From the sequence record HF562234.1: DNA of 32,000 nucleotides; one strand, written 5' to 3'. The notes under the pieces are model-generated. The model worked only from the letters and a program-made list of their open reading frames with translations. It was not told where the DNA came from and did not search any database. Both the position numbers and the translations under genes were made by a program. Below are positions 21,494 to 30,574 of the stretch, piece after piece. Position 1 is the first letter of the stretch. Every line of letters starts with the position of its first letter.

Positions 21494-24139
21494 ATGTTTA
21501 ATCTTTTACCACAACAAAAATATAACAAATTTCAATTATTAATTAATCAGATAAATCACTTTCACAAGATCATTAGTGTTTATTCTGACCATGATTTAAA
21601 ATTGCAGACTCAAAAAATGCAAAAATTGCTAATGCAAGGTTTCACTTTAGATGAAATTTTACCTGAAGCTTTTGGAACAGCTAAAGAAGCTATAAAACGA
21701 GCTCTAGGAATAGAATTATTTAATGTTCAAATTTTAGGAGGTATTGTTTTACATAAAGGTAAAATTGCTGAAATGAAGACAGGTGAAGGGAAGACATTAG
21801 TTGCTATTCTTCCATCATATTTAAATACTTTAAATGGCAAAGGTGTTAGTATAATAACAGTAAATGACTATTTGGCCAAAAGAGATGCTGAATTAGTACG
21901 TAAAGTTTTCCAATATATTAATATTGATGTTGGCCTAATACAACAGTCAATGAATATAGAAGAAAGAAAAATGCAATACCGCTGTAATATTACATATATT
22001 ACTAATAATGAATTAGGTTTTGATTATTTAAGGGATAATATGGCAATTAATCAATCGGATCTTGTTCAAAAAGAATTTCATTTTGCTATTGTTGATGAAG
22101 TTGACTCTATTTTAATAGATGAAGCGAGAACACCACTAATTATCTCAGGACCTTCTGAAGAAAAAACAAATAAATACTATATTAGTCAGGAAATAGTAAC
22201 AAAAATAACAAAAAATATACACTATGATGTTGACGAAAAAACAAGAAATGTAATTTTAACTGAAGATGGTATTAAAGTCTGTGAACAACTACTAAAGACT
22301 AGAAATTTGTACGATATTAATAACCCATGGATTCAATATATTTTAAGCGCACTAAAAGCTAAGGAATTATTCTATAAAAATATACATTATATAATAAAAA
22401 ATGAAGAGATCGTTATAGTTGATGAATTTACAGGCAGAATCATGGAAGGACGCAGATGGAGTGATGGCTTACACCAAGCAATTGAAGCTAAAGAAAATAA
22501 AAAAATTCAACCTGAAAATTTAACTTTAGCATCTATTACTTACCAAAACTTATTTTTACTGTATAAAAAATTATCTGGAATGACCGGAACAGCAAAAACT
22601 GAAGAAACTGAACTTGATAGAATATATCAATTAGAAGTTGAAGAAATACCTACTAATAAAATATGTCTCAGACAAGATTTTCCTGACTTTGTTTATAAAA
22701 ATGAATACAGTAAATGGAAAGCAATTGCTAATGAATGCCTTGATATGTATAAGATAGGAAGACCTGTTTTAATTGGAACAACAAATGTAGAAAAATCAGA
22801 ATTTTTAGCTGGAATTCTTAATGAATTAAAGATACCATTTAATTTACTAAATGCAAAACCAGAGAACATTGCTAGAGAAGCAGAGATTATAACACAAGCA
22901 GGTAGAAAAGGAACTATTACAATTTCTACAAATATGGCTGGAAGAGGAACCGATATAATTCTTGGAGGTAATCCTCATGCTATGACGAAAATAATTATAA
23001 TTAATTACATGAAAAAGGTATTAAAAATATCATCGCTATTATGCAGCAACTCTGCATCTACAAATAAAAAGATAAACTTATTGTTACAAGAACTTAATTA
23101 TAAATTTATTAAAACAATTACAAGTTTAGAAACTATTGAACAATATATTGAAGATGAGATCAATTCAATTAATTTAAAGAATAATGATATGTATACGAAT
23201 ATTCAAAAAGTTTACTTACAAATTTTACATGAATATAAACATATATGCTCAAAAGAAAAAACAGAGATTTTGAAACTAGGTGGTTTACACGTTATTGGTA
23301 CAGAAAGACATGAATCAAGACGAATAGATTATCAATTAAAAGGACGTGCAGGAAGACAAGGTGATCCAGGATCTTCACGCTTTTTTCTTAGTTTAGAAGA
23401 TAATTTATTAAGAATTTTTGGTGGAGATAAAATATCTAAATTAATGAAAGTTTTAAGTATAGATAATGATACACCTATTGAGTCCACTATTCTAACAAAA
23501 AGTTTAGATTCAGCACAAAAAAAAATTGAATCATATTTTTATGATATTAGAAAACAACTGTTTGAGTACGATGAAGTTATCAACAATCAAAGACAAGCGA
23601 TCTATTCAGAGCGTAAACGTATATTACAATCTAATTTTACAAGGGATTGTATTATCGAATACGGAGAAAGTACAATTGATGAAATATTGACAACATATAA
23701 TCAACAAGCAAATTATAAAAAAGCCATTATATCTAAAATTACCCACTTATTAAATCTAGCAGAAAATATAGAAATAGATACAATAATCAATAAATATAAT
23801 AAGGAACAAATAGCATGCTTTTTATATGAACAGTTAAGAATTACTTATGATCTACGAGAAAGTTACTTAGAACAATTAAGACCTGGCCTTATGAGACAAT
23901 TAGAGAAATACTATTTACTGCAGCAAATAGATAAAGCATGGCAAAAACATTTAGAGAAAATGACTCTTTTAAAAGAATCAATTGGCTGGAGAAGTTATGG
24001 TCAACAAGATCCATTGGTTGAATATAAGAACGAAGGTTTTCAATTATTTATTACGATGGTAACTTATATTAGACAAACAGTTGTTTATTTAACTATGCGT
24101 TCAAGGCTAATTATAAATACAGTAAACCAAGACAGATAA
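21494..24139 (+). CDS. secA: Preprotein translocase ATPase SecA
   Basis: Walker A MKTGEGKTLVA, DEAD-like VDEVDSILIDEARTPLIISG, TNMAGRGTDI and GTERHESRRIDYQLKGRAGRQGDPGSSRFFLSLED. Confidence 0.97.
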   Translation: MFNLLPQQKYNKFQLLINQINHFHKIISVYSDHDLKLQTQKMQKLLMQGFTLDEILPEAFGTAKEAIKRALGIELFNVQILGGIVLHKGKIAEMKTGEGKTLVAILPSYLNTLNGKGVSIITVNDYLAKRDAELVRKVFQYINIDVGLIQQSMNIEERKMQYRCNITYITNNELGFDYLRDNMAINQSDLVQKEFHFAIVDEVDSILIDEARTPLIISGPSEEKTNKYYISQEIVTKITKNIHYDVDEKTRNVILTEDGIKVCEQLLKTRNLYDINNPWIQYILSALKAKELFYKNIHYIIKNEEIVIVDEFTGRIMEGRRWSDGLHQAIEAKENKKIQPENLTLASITYQNLFLLYKKLSGMTGTAKTEETELDRIYQLEVEEIPTNKICLRQDFPDFVYKNEYSKWKAIANECLDMYKIGRPVLIGTTNVEKSEFLAGILNELKIPFNLLNAKPENIAREAEIITQAGRKGTITISTNMAGRGTDIILGGNPHAMTKIIIINYMKKVLKISSLLCSNSASTNKKINLLLQELNYKFIKTITSLETIEQYIEDEINSINLKNNDMYTNIQKVYLQILHEYKHICSKEKTEILKLGGLHVIGTERHESRRIDYQLKGRAGRQGDPGSSRFFLSLEDNLLRIFGGDKISKLMKVLSIDNDTPIESTILTKSLDSAQKKIESYFYDIRKQLFEYDEVINNQRQAIYSERKRILQSNFTRDCIIEYGESTIDEILTTYNQQANYKKAIISKITHLLNLAENIEIDTIINKYNKEQIACFLYEQLRITYDLRESYLEQLRPGLMRQLEKYYLLQQIDKAWQKHLEKMTLLKESIGWRSYGQQDPLVEYKNEGFQLFITMVTYIRQTVVYLTMRSRLIINTVNQDR

Positions 24140-24173
24140 TTAATATATTCATGATAAAAGTAAAAATAAAAGG

Positions 24174-24202
24174 TTGACATAAACATTAAAATTAGATAAT
24201 CT
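24174..24202 (+). promoter_or_regulatory. Candidate sigma70-type promoter for trnE
   Basis: Perfect -35 TTGACA (24174..24179), 17-nt spacer, TAATCT (24197..24202), about 32 nt upstream of the tRNA 5' end. Confidence 0.35.
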
Positions 24203-24234
24203 TAGTATGGTATAAATTACTTACAATAATAAAT

Positions 24235-24307
24235 GCCCCCATCGTCTAGAGGCCTAGGACATCTCCCTTTCACGGAGGTAACGGGGATTCGAATTCCCCT
24301 GGGGGTA
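24235..24307 (+). tRNA. trnE: tRNA-Glu (anticodon UUC)
   Basis: GCCCCCA-TC-GTCT-AGAGGCCTA-GGAC-A-TCTCC-CTTTCAC-GGAGG-TAAC-GGGGA-TTCGAAT-TCCCC-TGGGGGT-A. Complete cloverleaf, 73 nt. Confidence 0.95.
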
Positions 24308-24333
24308 TAATAAAATATAACAATAGTAACAAA

Positions 24334-25125
24334 TTAATTATCTATTGCTGCTTTAAATGTTTCACATGCTTCACTTAAAGATTGAATAGCTTCTATGTCA
24401 GATTTATTTAGCATAGTACTCATAAAAGCACTACCTACAACTAAGCCATCTACATGCCATTTAGCTATTGTCGATACTTGTTGAGGACTAGATATACCAA
24501 AACCTAGTATAATTACCTTATTCGATTTAGCTTTAATTTTTTGCGCTAATTTATCTATATTAATGCTTATTTTATTACGCATACCTGTCACTCCATAACT
24601 ACTGACTAAATAGATACAACCAGGAGATTTAGATAGAATAGAAGCCATTCTAATTTCTGAACTTGTAGGGGCAATAAATAAAATCAACTCAATATTAAAT
24701 TGAGTACATAATTTAAGGATATAATCAACCTCTTCCAAAGGTAAATCTGGTATAATCAAACCACGAGCACCACTAAAAGAAATATCCTGAATAAATTTCT
24801 TCATACCTCGTGCAAGTACAGGATTATAATAGGTGAATATAATTACTGGAGCATTTATATTAGGACTTACTTTCTTCAACATGCACAAAATTTTATCCAA
24901 ACAAACACCTTGTTCTAAAGCTTTACGAGATGACTCTTGAATAACAGGACCATCTGCAAGTGCATCTGAATAAGGTATACCTAATTCAATAACGTCTGCA
25001 CCTTTTTCATCTAAGGCATACAAAGCTTTAACTGTTACTTGTAAATTTGGATAACCTGCTGTAATAAAAGGAATTAAAGAACATTTAGAATTTTTTTTAG
25101 TTAATGTTTCAGATATCAAAGTCAT
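24334..25125 (-). CDS. trpA: Tryptophan synthase alpha chain
   Basis: LIPFITAGYPNL, DVIELGIPYSDALADGPVIQ, YYNPV and GFGISSPQQV are TrpA signatures. Confidence 0.95.
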   Translation of the reverse strand: MTLISETLTKKNSKCSLIPFITAGYPNLQVTVKALYALDEKGADVIELGIPYSDALADGPVIQESSRKALEQGVCLDKILCMLKKVSPNINAPVIIFTYYNPVLARGMKKFIQDISFSGARGLIIPDLPLEEVDYILKLCTQFNIELILFIAPTSSEIRMASILSKSPGCIYLVSSYGVTGMRNKISINIDKLAQKIKAKSNKVIILGFGISSPQQVSTIAKWHVDGLVVGSAFMSTMLNKSDIEAIQSLSEACETFKAAIDN

Positions 25126-25216
25126 ATTTACCTACAAATATATATAAGAAAACTAACTATTAAATAACAAATAAAGAATATATAAACGACGCTTAATTAT
25201 GTACTTACATAAAAAA

Positions 25217-25288
25217 TGGGTCGCCCGGGACTCGAACCCGGAACTAATCGGTTAAAAGCCGAGTACTCTACCATTGAGTTAGCGACCC
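25217..25288 (-). tRNA. trnK: tRNA-Lys (anticodon UUU)
   Basis: Minus strand reads GGGTCGC-TA-ACTC-AATGGTA-GAGT-A-CTCGG-CTTTTAA-CCGAT-TAGTT-CCGGG-TTCGAGT-CCCGG-GCGACCC-A. 72 nt, no intron. Confidence 0.93.
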
Positions 25289-25406
25289 TTGTAGCAAACC
25301 TTAAACTATAAATAACATAGTAAGAATATAATAGCAAGTATTATAAAATAAAATACAAATCAAGAGTTCGACCTTTTTATCTTTATATTTTTTGCTATTA
25401 CAAAAA

Positions 25407-26375
25407 ATGGACACATACTTACATTACAATTTTTACAGTTATATAAACAAAATTTTAGATTTCAGCCGATCATCATCAATGCTTATAGCTGTTTCCGGCG
25501 GACAAGATTCTCTATGCTTAATTAAATTAATACAAGATATTGTAAATAAACATAAGCTAACAGTAAATATTGGCTATATTTATGTAGATCATCAATGGAA
25601 AAAAGATAGTAAACAACAAATTAAACACCTAATTAATTTACTGAAGATAAAACAAGCAGCTCTATCTATATATCAAATTAAAGAAATTCCTAATTCTGAA
25701 TTAGCAGCAAGAAATATTAGATATAAGATAATAATACAACATGCAATAAAATATAATTATTCAATAATTATGACCGGGCATACAAATACAGACCAAATTG
25801 AGACTTTTTTATTACAATTAATTCGTGGTAATGGTATTGATGCAGTAACTAGCTTAAATAAACATCGAATATTAAACAATCATCTACAAATAATAAGACC
25901 TCTTATTAATTTCAGCCGATCAGATATTACATGGTTTTGTCGTAAATTTACACTGCCTATTTGGTCAGATATAAGTAATTATGAATATAATATCAATCGT
26001 AATCGATTAAGAAATGAGCTACTACCATATCTGAACAAATATTTTATTTTTAATGTAGAAAAACAAATCAATTACTTTCTAAATATATCTGATATAGAGA
26101 ATGAATATATTAAACAAAATGCTATTAAATTATATTTAAAAAGTCGTCATAAAACTAACCTAGCATTAAATTACTGGATCATAAAACAACAACATAAAGC
26201 ACTACAAGTAAGAGTTTTGCAAATCTTTGTATACCATAATTTTAATAAGACATTAACTAAAAATATTTTAAATAAGCTACTTAATCTAATTCAAAATAAT
26301 AAGAATAATGTACATATACTAAAATGGAAAAATTTAAACTTCAAAATAAATATTAATTGGCTATATTTTTATTAA
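25407..26375 (+). CDS. tilS: tRNA(Ile)-lysidine synthase (red-algal ycf62)
   Basis: PP-loop motif AVSGGQDSLCL, then YVDHQWKKDS and TGHTNTDQIETFLLQLIRG. ATG at 25407 is preferred. TTG at 25392 would give 327 aa. Confidence 0.85.
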   Translation: MDTYLHYNFYSYINKILDFSRSSSMLIAVSGGQDSLCLIKLIQDIVNKHKLTVNIGYIYVDHQWKKDSKQQIKHLINLLKIKQAALSIYQIKEIPNSELAARNIRYKIIIQHAIKYNYSIIMTGHTNTDQIETFLLQLIRGNGIDAVTSLNKHRILNNHLQIIRPLINFSRSDITWFCRKFTLPIWSDISNYEYNINRNRLRNELLPYLNKYFIFNVEKQINYFLNISDIENEYIKQNAIKLYLKSRHKTNLALNYWIIKQQHKALQVRVLQIFVYHNFNKTLTKNILNKLLNLIQNNKNNVHILKWKNLNFKININWLYFY

Positions 26376-26684
26376 TATTGAATATATAAGGAAAGTTTAA
26401 TTGGGAATTGTAATTATTATTAGATTTAATTTAAATAGAATATCAACAATATCTATTGCTATGTTTAATATAAAATCTGTTATAATAAACAAGCATTAAA
26501 AAATTAAATTTGTTACCATTTTAGTATTTATAAATTCTTAAAATGATATTCACAATTAAGTAAGTAACATTAGATTATCTAAATTCTGATTCATTATATA
26601 GCAAATTGGATATTTTTTGACAAATTTTCTATTTATTACTCAAATTATAAATCAATAAATACTAGCATAAAAATAAAGATAACT

Positions 26685-27008
26685 ATGAATAATCACGTAT
26701 ATAGCTATATTGATAAATTAATTAGAGAACATAAAATAATAGTATTTATGAAAGGAGAAAAGTTAATGCCAATGTGCAGCTTTTCAAATACAGTAGTAGA
26801 AATTTTAAATAGTTTTCATATTGATTATCACATCATCAATGTGCTGAAGAATGATAAGATACGAAAAGATATTAAATTGTATTCACAATGGCCAACTATT
26901 CCCCAAGTTTATATTAATGGTGAATTTATTGGTGGGGCAGATATTATTTTGGATTTATATCAAAAATTACAATTACAAGAAATATTAGAAAAATCTATTA
27001 ATTCTTAA
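26685..27008 (+). CDS. ycf64: Monothiol glutaredoxin (red-algal ycf64), 107 aa
   Basis: IVFMKGEKLMPMCSFSNTVVEILN and WPTIPQVYINGEFIGGADI form the Grx4/5-type fold. The active site reads CSFS rather than CGFS. Confidence 0.88.
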   Translation: MNNHVYSYIDKLIREHKIIVFMKGEKLMPMCSFSNTVVEILNSFHIDYHIINVLKNDKIRKDIKLYSQWPTIPQVYINGEFIGGADIILDLYQKLQLQEILEKSINS

Positions 27009-27070
27009 ATTACATTTTAATCGTTCAAAATAATACTATAATATAGTTAATAAATTAAATAAGGAATATT

Positions 27071-27175
27071 ATGATTAATTGGCAAGTAATAGGTCAACTT
27101 ATATCACTTGGTATAATTGTATTAGTAGGACCTGCAGTTATAGTTTTACTTTCTTTTAAAAAAGGAAATTTATAG
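27071..27175 (+). CDS. psb30: Photosystem II protein Psb30 (Ycf12), 34 aa; not in the ORF track
   Basis: Hand translation gives [42 protein letters not shown] lies 4 nt upstream. Confidence 0.88.
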   Translation: MINWQVIGQLISLGIIVLVGPAVIVLLSFKKGNL

Positions 27176-27198
27176 ATAATTATATTAATACAATCATT

Positions 27199-27231
27199 AT
27201 GCAGACTATATAAATTTATGCTTGTCTGCAT
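27199..27231. terminator. Hairpin between convergent psb30 and ftrB
   Basis: ATGCAGAC (27199..27206) pairs with GTCTGCAT (27224..27231). Stem 8 bp, loop 17 nt. Confidence 0.3.
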
Positions 27232-27239
27232 TAATTGTA

Positions 27240-27590
27240 CTAGCTAATTTTTTGCAATAATATTTCAGCTTCTATTACTTGACTATCTCCAACGAACTCA
27301 TTATCTGGTGTTAAGAAAAGCATACAATGACACTCTTTTCGTTCTCTCATTGGTACACATGGACAATTCCAGTAAGCATTTAACACTTCTACTGATTTAT
27401 CTTCATAATGACGACAAGGGCATAATGGAGAACCATATTCATCTTTATGCTTTGCCAATCCTTCAATTACTGCAGCAGTTACAGCTACGTCTGAACAAAA
27501 AAATGTACCTGTTCTTTTTGCATAAACTTCTGAAAACTTACGCATAGCTTCTAAATTATCAGATACCAATTTCAAAGAAGTATCAATCAT
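27240..27590 (-). CDS. ftrB: Ferredoxin-thioredoxin reductase catalytic (beta) subunit
   Basis: The CPC-x16-CPC-x8-CHC cysteine array (CPCRHYEDKSVEVLNAYWNCPCVPMRERKECHC) is diagnostic for FTR-B. Confidence 0.93.
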   Translation of the reverse strand: MIDTSLKLVSDNLEAMRKFSEVYAKRTGTFFCSDVAVTAAVIEGLAKHKDEYGSPLCPCRHYEDKSVEVLNAYWNCPCVPMRERKECHCMLFLTPDNEFVGDSQVIEAEILLQKIS

Positions 27591-27793
27591 TAATTATATC
27601 CTCTATTACATATTGATATTATATACTATAATTAATCAATTATATTTACATACATCATATTATTAAGACAGAATAAACAGAAAATATTAAATTTTAATAT
27701 CTTTAATAAGTTTAATGCAAAATAAGATTTATAATTGTATTATACATATTCATATCTATAATATAAATCATTAGCTCTTAAAGATACAAACAT

Positions 27794-27904
27794 ATGACAG
27801 CATCCTACTTACCATCTATATTAGTACCTTTAGCAGGTATTGTATTTCCTGGCCTAAGTATGGCACTAATATTTTTATATATTGAAGTAGAAAATATCAG
27901 TTAA
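27794..27904 (+). CDS. psaI: Photosystem I subunit PsaI, 36 aa; not in the ORF track
   Basis: Hand translation gives [36 protein letters not shown]. Confidence 0.88.
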   Translation: MTASYLPSILVPLAGIVFPGLSMALIFLYIEVENIS

Positions 27905-27923
27905 AATAATAAATTATAACAAG

Positions 27924-27964
27924 AAAAAATCAGTCACTTTATCATTAGAAGTGGCTGATTTTTT
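27924..27964. terminator. Bidirectional intrinsic-terminator-like hairpin between convergent psaI and psbJ
   Basis: AAAAAATCAGTCACTT (27924..27939) pairs with AAGTGGCTGATTTTTT (27949..27964). The stem is 16 bp with one G:U and the loop is 9 nt. A-run/T-run flanks give a U-tract on either strand. Confidence 0.6.
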
Positions 27965-28032
27965 TTATCATATAATCAGAAAATATATAGCTATTAATAA
28001 AAGCAATAGTACGTTATATCATTATACATAAA

Positions 28033-28152
28033 TTATAAAGATGAACCTATTCCTGAATAAGAGCCATAAATAAAAATTCCTAGAACTGTTATAGCAGCTA
28101 TACCACCTACAGTAGCAACTAGCCATAAAGGAACTCTACCTGTACCTGTCAT
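28033..28152 (-). CDS. psbJ: Photosystem II protein PsbJ, 39 aa; not in the ORF track
   Basis: Minus-strand translation gives [39 protein letters not shown]. Confidence 0.92.
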   Translation of the reverse strand: MTGTGRVPLWLVATVGGIAAITVLGIFIYGSYSGIGSSL

Positions 28153-28245
28153 TTTTTAATATCTCCAATCGTAAGATGTAAACAATGAAACTAATCATCA
28201 TATAAGAAACTATTACTTTATATATTATAAAAAATAATAATATAG

Positions 28246-28362
28246 TTAATTAAAAAAGTAACTTGAAAACAAAACAGCAAGAACAAAAATCAATAATAAG
28301 CCCCAGAATAAAGATGTACGATTTAATTCTACAGGTTCTTTATTAGGATTAGGACCACTCAT
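28246..28362 (-). CDS. psbL: Photosystem II protein PsbL, 38 aa; not in the ORF track
   Basis: Minus-strand translation gives [38 protein letters not shown]. Confidence 0.93.
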   Translation of the reverse strand: MSGPNPNKEPVELNRTSLFWGLLLIFVLAVLFSSYFFN

Positions 28363-28371
28363 GGAAATCTC

Positions 28372-28506
28372 CTATCTTTGAATAAATTGCATAGATGTAA
28401 TAGCACCCAAAAAAAATATTGTTGGTATAGCTAATCCATGGATAGCTAACCATCTAAATGTAAAAATGGGATATGATATTGGCTGATTAGAATTTCTTCC
28501 ACTCAT
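28372..28506 (-). CDS. psbF: Cytochrome b559 beta subunit, 44 aa; not in the ORF track
   Basis: Minus-strand translation gives [44 protein letters not shown], with the heme-ligand His in [10 protein letters not shown]. Confidence 0.95.
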   Translation of the reverse strand: MSGRNSNQPISYPIFTFRWLAIHGLAIPTIFFLGAITSMQFIQR

Positions 28507-28520
28507 AATAAAACTCCTTA

Positions 28521-28775
28521 TTAAATTCCTTTAGTTAAATCTTCGAGCTCTTGCTTTGCACTAAAACGATCATTAACTAATGGAACTTGTTGACGATCTT
28601 GTGTAAAATACTCATTAGGCCTTGGTGTTCCAAATATATCATAAGCTAACCCTGTACTTACAAACAGCCACCCTGCTACAAAAAGTGCAGGTATAGTAAT
28701 ACTATGAATAACCCAATATCTTATACTCGTAATGATATCAGAAAAAGGACGTTCACCTGTTGATCCCCCTGACAT
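28521..28775 (-). CDS. psbE: Cytochrome b559 alpha subunit
   Basis: [48 protein letters not shown] (complement of 28784..28789). First gene of a psbE-F-L-J operon on the minus strand. Confidence 0.97.
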   Translation of the reverse strand: MSGGSTGERPFSDIITSIRYWVIHSITIPALFVAGWLFVSTGLAYDIFGTPRPNEYFTQDRQQVPLVNDRFSAKQELEDLTKGI

Positions 28776-29526
28776 AATAATTACCTCCTAATAAAAAATA
28801 CAGAAATAATGTATATACATTCATACATTAGCATAAATAAAGTAAAGACTTTGAATTTACGTATGTGAATTACAAATTTATATTATATGACTTAATGTAA
28901 AATTTTCAGCATATAGATATATAATTAATGATATAAACTGTACCACATCTATAAAAATACTCTACACTCTTTCAATACATATATATTATACTCTTTATAA
29001 ACAAAAAAGATAAAAAATTATATCAGAAGAATAATAAATAAAAGAAAATATAAATAAAATACTAGTGTTATTACATTTAATTAACTTTTACTTGGTACAA
29101 TAATATAATAAAAACTAGATACTAGAACAATTGAAAATGTTTTAACAAAATATCAATTAAAAAAATTTTATTAAAGAATAGATATTCTATTTTCGATTTT
29201 AAGTAATTAATTTAATATATACATCTTATATTGTTCAAAATAGAAGTAATAAACTTAAATCTTAATCAACAAGGATTTTCTATTATAGAAATTTTGCAAT
29301 ATTTTTTAGCATAGATATTATTTTAGATTTCATATATTATTAAGCTTCAATAAGTTAGTAAATTATAGTAGATAAATTGATAATCTGAACAGAGGATTCA
29401 TAAGAATAGTAAAATTATTAATGCAATAATAGCAAATCTTCTAAAATTAATAACAACTTGAATAAAAATTCCATAATTTAGCTAAATTAAGAAAAGAAAT
29501 TATTGTTAATTTATATCAAGACCAAT

Positions 29527-30324
29527 CTAAAAAGCTTGAATTGAACTATCTAATCTATTGAACATTAAATATGAAAGAATGCAATCTATAATAAAAACTG
29601 CTAGTAAAGAAATAACAACCGATAGAGTCGTAGATTGGCCGACTCCTCTTGCACCGCCTTTAGTAATCAGCCCACAAGTACAACTAATTAACGATATGGT
29701 AAAACCAAATATTATCGTTTTCAATAATGATTTCACTACATCAATAATTGATAACGCTGTAGCAGAAGATGTGAAAAATATAACAGGACTAATACCATAT
29801 AAGGTAAAACAAATAAAAGCACTGCTTGCTAAACTAGTAAAAAATGATAGTAAAGTAAGTATAGGTAGCATGACAGAGCAAGAAACAATACGAGGAATAA
29901 CTAGATAAACAATAGGATTTGTATTTAATAGGTATAATGCATCAATTTGTTCAGTAACTGTCATAGTAGCTAATTCTGAAGTAAAGCATGATCCTACACG
30001 ACCAATAAGAATTACAGAAGTAAGTACCGGAGATAGTTCTCTAATAAAAGCTAATGTAAGAACAGCTCCTATAAGACGGACAGCATTAAGGTATAAAAAC
30101 TCTTTTGCAATTTGTAAAGTAAATACTAAACTTATAAAAAAAGCTGTTGTCAAGCTTATAAGTAATGAACCTGGTCCTACCATATTGATTTGTTCTACTA
30201 TACTATATAATTCTATTTGAAATATATTCAAATTTAAATTTTTATGGACAATAGAATTAATAGATTGAAAGCAAGACTTATAAAACCGATATAAATTTAA
30301 CTGCACAAATAAGTTTATCCTCAA
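29527..30324 (-). CDS. ycf63: MlaE/TGD1-like ABC transporter permease (red-algal ycf63)
   Basis: Multi-TM protein. MVGPGSLLISLTTAFFISLVFTLQ, IRELSPVLTSVILIGRVGS, MTVTEQIDAL and GGARGVGQSTT match the MlaE family. The conserved region starts before the only internal ATG, so the start is non-AUG (TTG 30324 by the track). Confidence 0.8.
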   Translation of the reverse strand: MRINLFVQLNLYRFYKSCFQSINSIVHKNLNLNIFQIELYSIVEQINMVGPGSLLISLTTAFFISLVFTLQIAKEFLYLNAVRLIGAVLTLAFIRELSPVLTSVILIGRVGSCFTSELATMTVTEQIDALYLLNTNPIVYLVIPRIVSCSVMLPILTLLSFFTSLASSAFICFTLYGISPVIFFTSSATALSIIDVVKSLLKTIIFGFTISLISCTCGLITKGGARGVGQSTTLSVVISLLAVFIIDCILSYLMFNRLDSSIQAF

Positions 30325-30391
30325 AAATTAAGTAAATTATAAAACTATATAAATCTTGCCTATTTTACGTATATATATTATGATACTGGAA

Positions 30392-30463
30392 GGGTGGTTA
30401 GCTCAGTGGTAGAGCGCCTGCCTTACAAGCAGGTGGTCACTGGTTCAAATCCAGTACCGCCCA
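30392..30463 (+). tRNA. trnV: tRNA-Val (anticodon UAC)
   Basis: GGGTGGT-TA-GCTC-AGTGGTA-GAGC-G-CCTGC-CTTACAA-GCAGG-TGGTC-ACTGG-TTCAAAT-CCAGT-ACCGCCC-A. 72 nt, no intron. Confidence 0.95.
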
Positions 30464-30484
30464 CTTTCCTAAATCAAAGATATA

Positions 30485-30557
30485 GGGCTCATCGTCTAAG
30501 GGATTAGGACAGGGACCTTCTAAGTCTCTAATGTAGGTTCGAATCCTACTGAGCCTG
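30485..30557 (+). tRNA. trnR: tRNA-Arg (anticodon UCU)
   Basis: GGGCTCA-TC-GTCT-AAGGGATTA-GGAC-A-GGGAC-CTTCTAA-GTCTC-TAAT-GTAGG-TTCGAAT-CCTAC-TGAGCCT-G. Cloverleaf with a G1:U72 wobble and a 4-nt variable loop. Confidence 0.9.
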
Positions 30558-30574
30558 TTATAAACTTAATGCAA

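Noticed and set aside
23320-23370. SecA motif VI reads RIDYQLKGRAGRQGD, versus RIDNQLRGRSGRQGD as I recall it from bacteria
   Set aside because: I cannot verify from memory which positions are strictly invariant in plastid SecA. The substitutions are conservative (R to K, S to A) and the rest of the ATPase core is intact.
26617-26651. TTGACA-17-TCAAAT (plus adjacent TATAAA) promoter-like match upstream of ycf64
   Set aside because: The -35 is perfect but the -10 at the correct spacing is weak. AT-rich spacers produce such matches by chance, so it is not reported as a feature.
27308-27547. 79-aa plus-strand ORF inside ftrB
   Set aside because: It is antisense to ftrB, whose CPC/CPC/CHC motif identifies the true frame.
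28776-29526. Possibility that the long psbE-ycf63 spacer hides rnpB, ffs or another tRNA
   Set aside because: Neither strand shows the RNase P core motifs (GGAAAGTCC or ACAGAA-CGGCTTA type), a GGTTCGAAT-type T-arm, or an SRP GNAR-tetraloop helix. The G+C content looks too low for a structured RNA. It remains listed as an unexplained spacer only.
29558-29908. 116-aa plus-strand ORF inside ycf63
   Set aside because: It is antisense to the MlaE-like permease frame and the translation has no recognisable family features.
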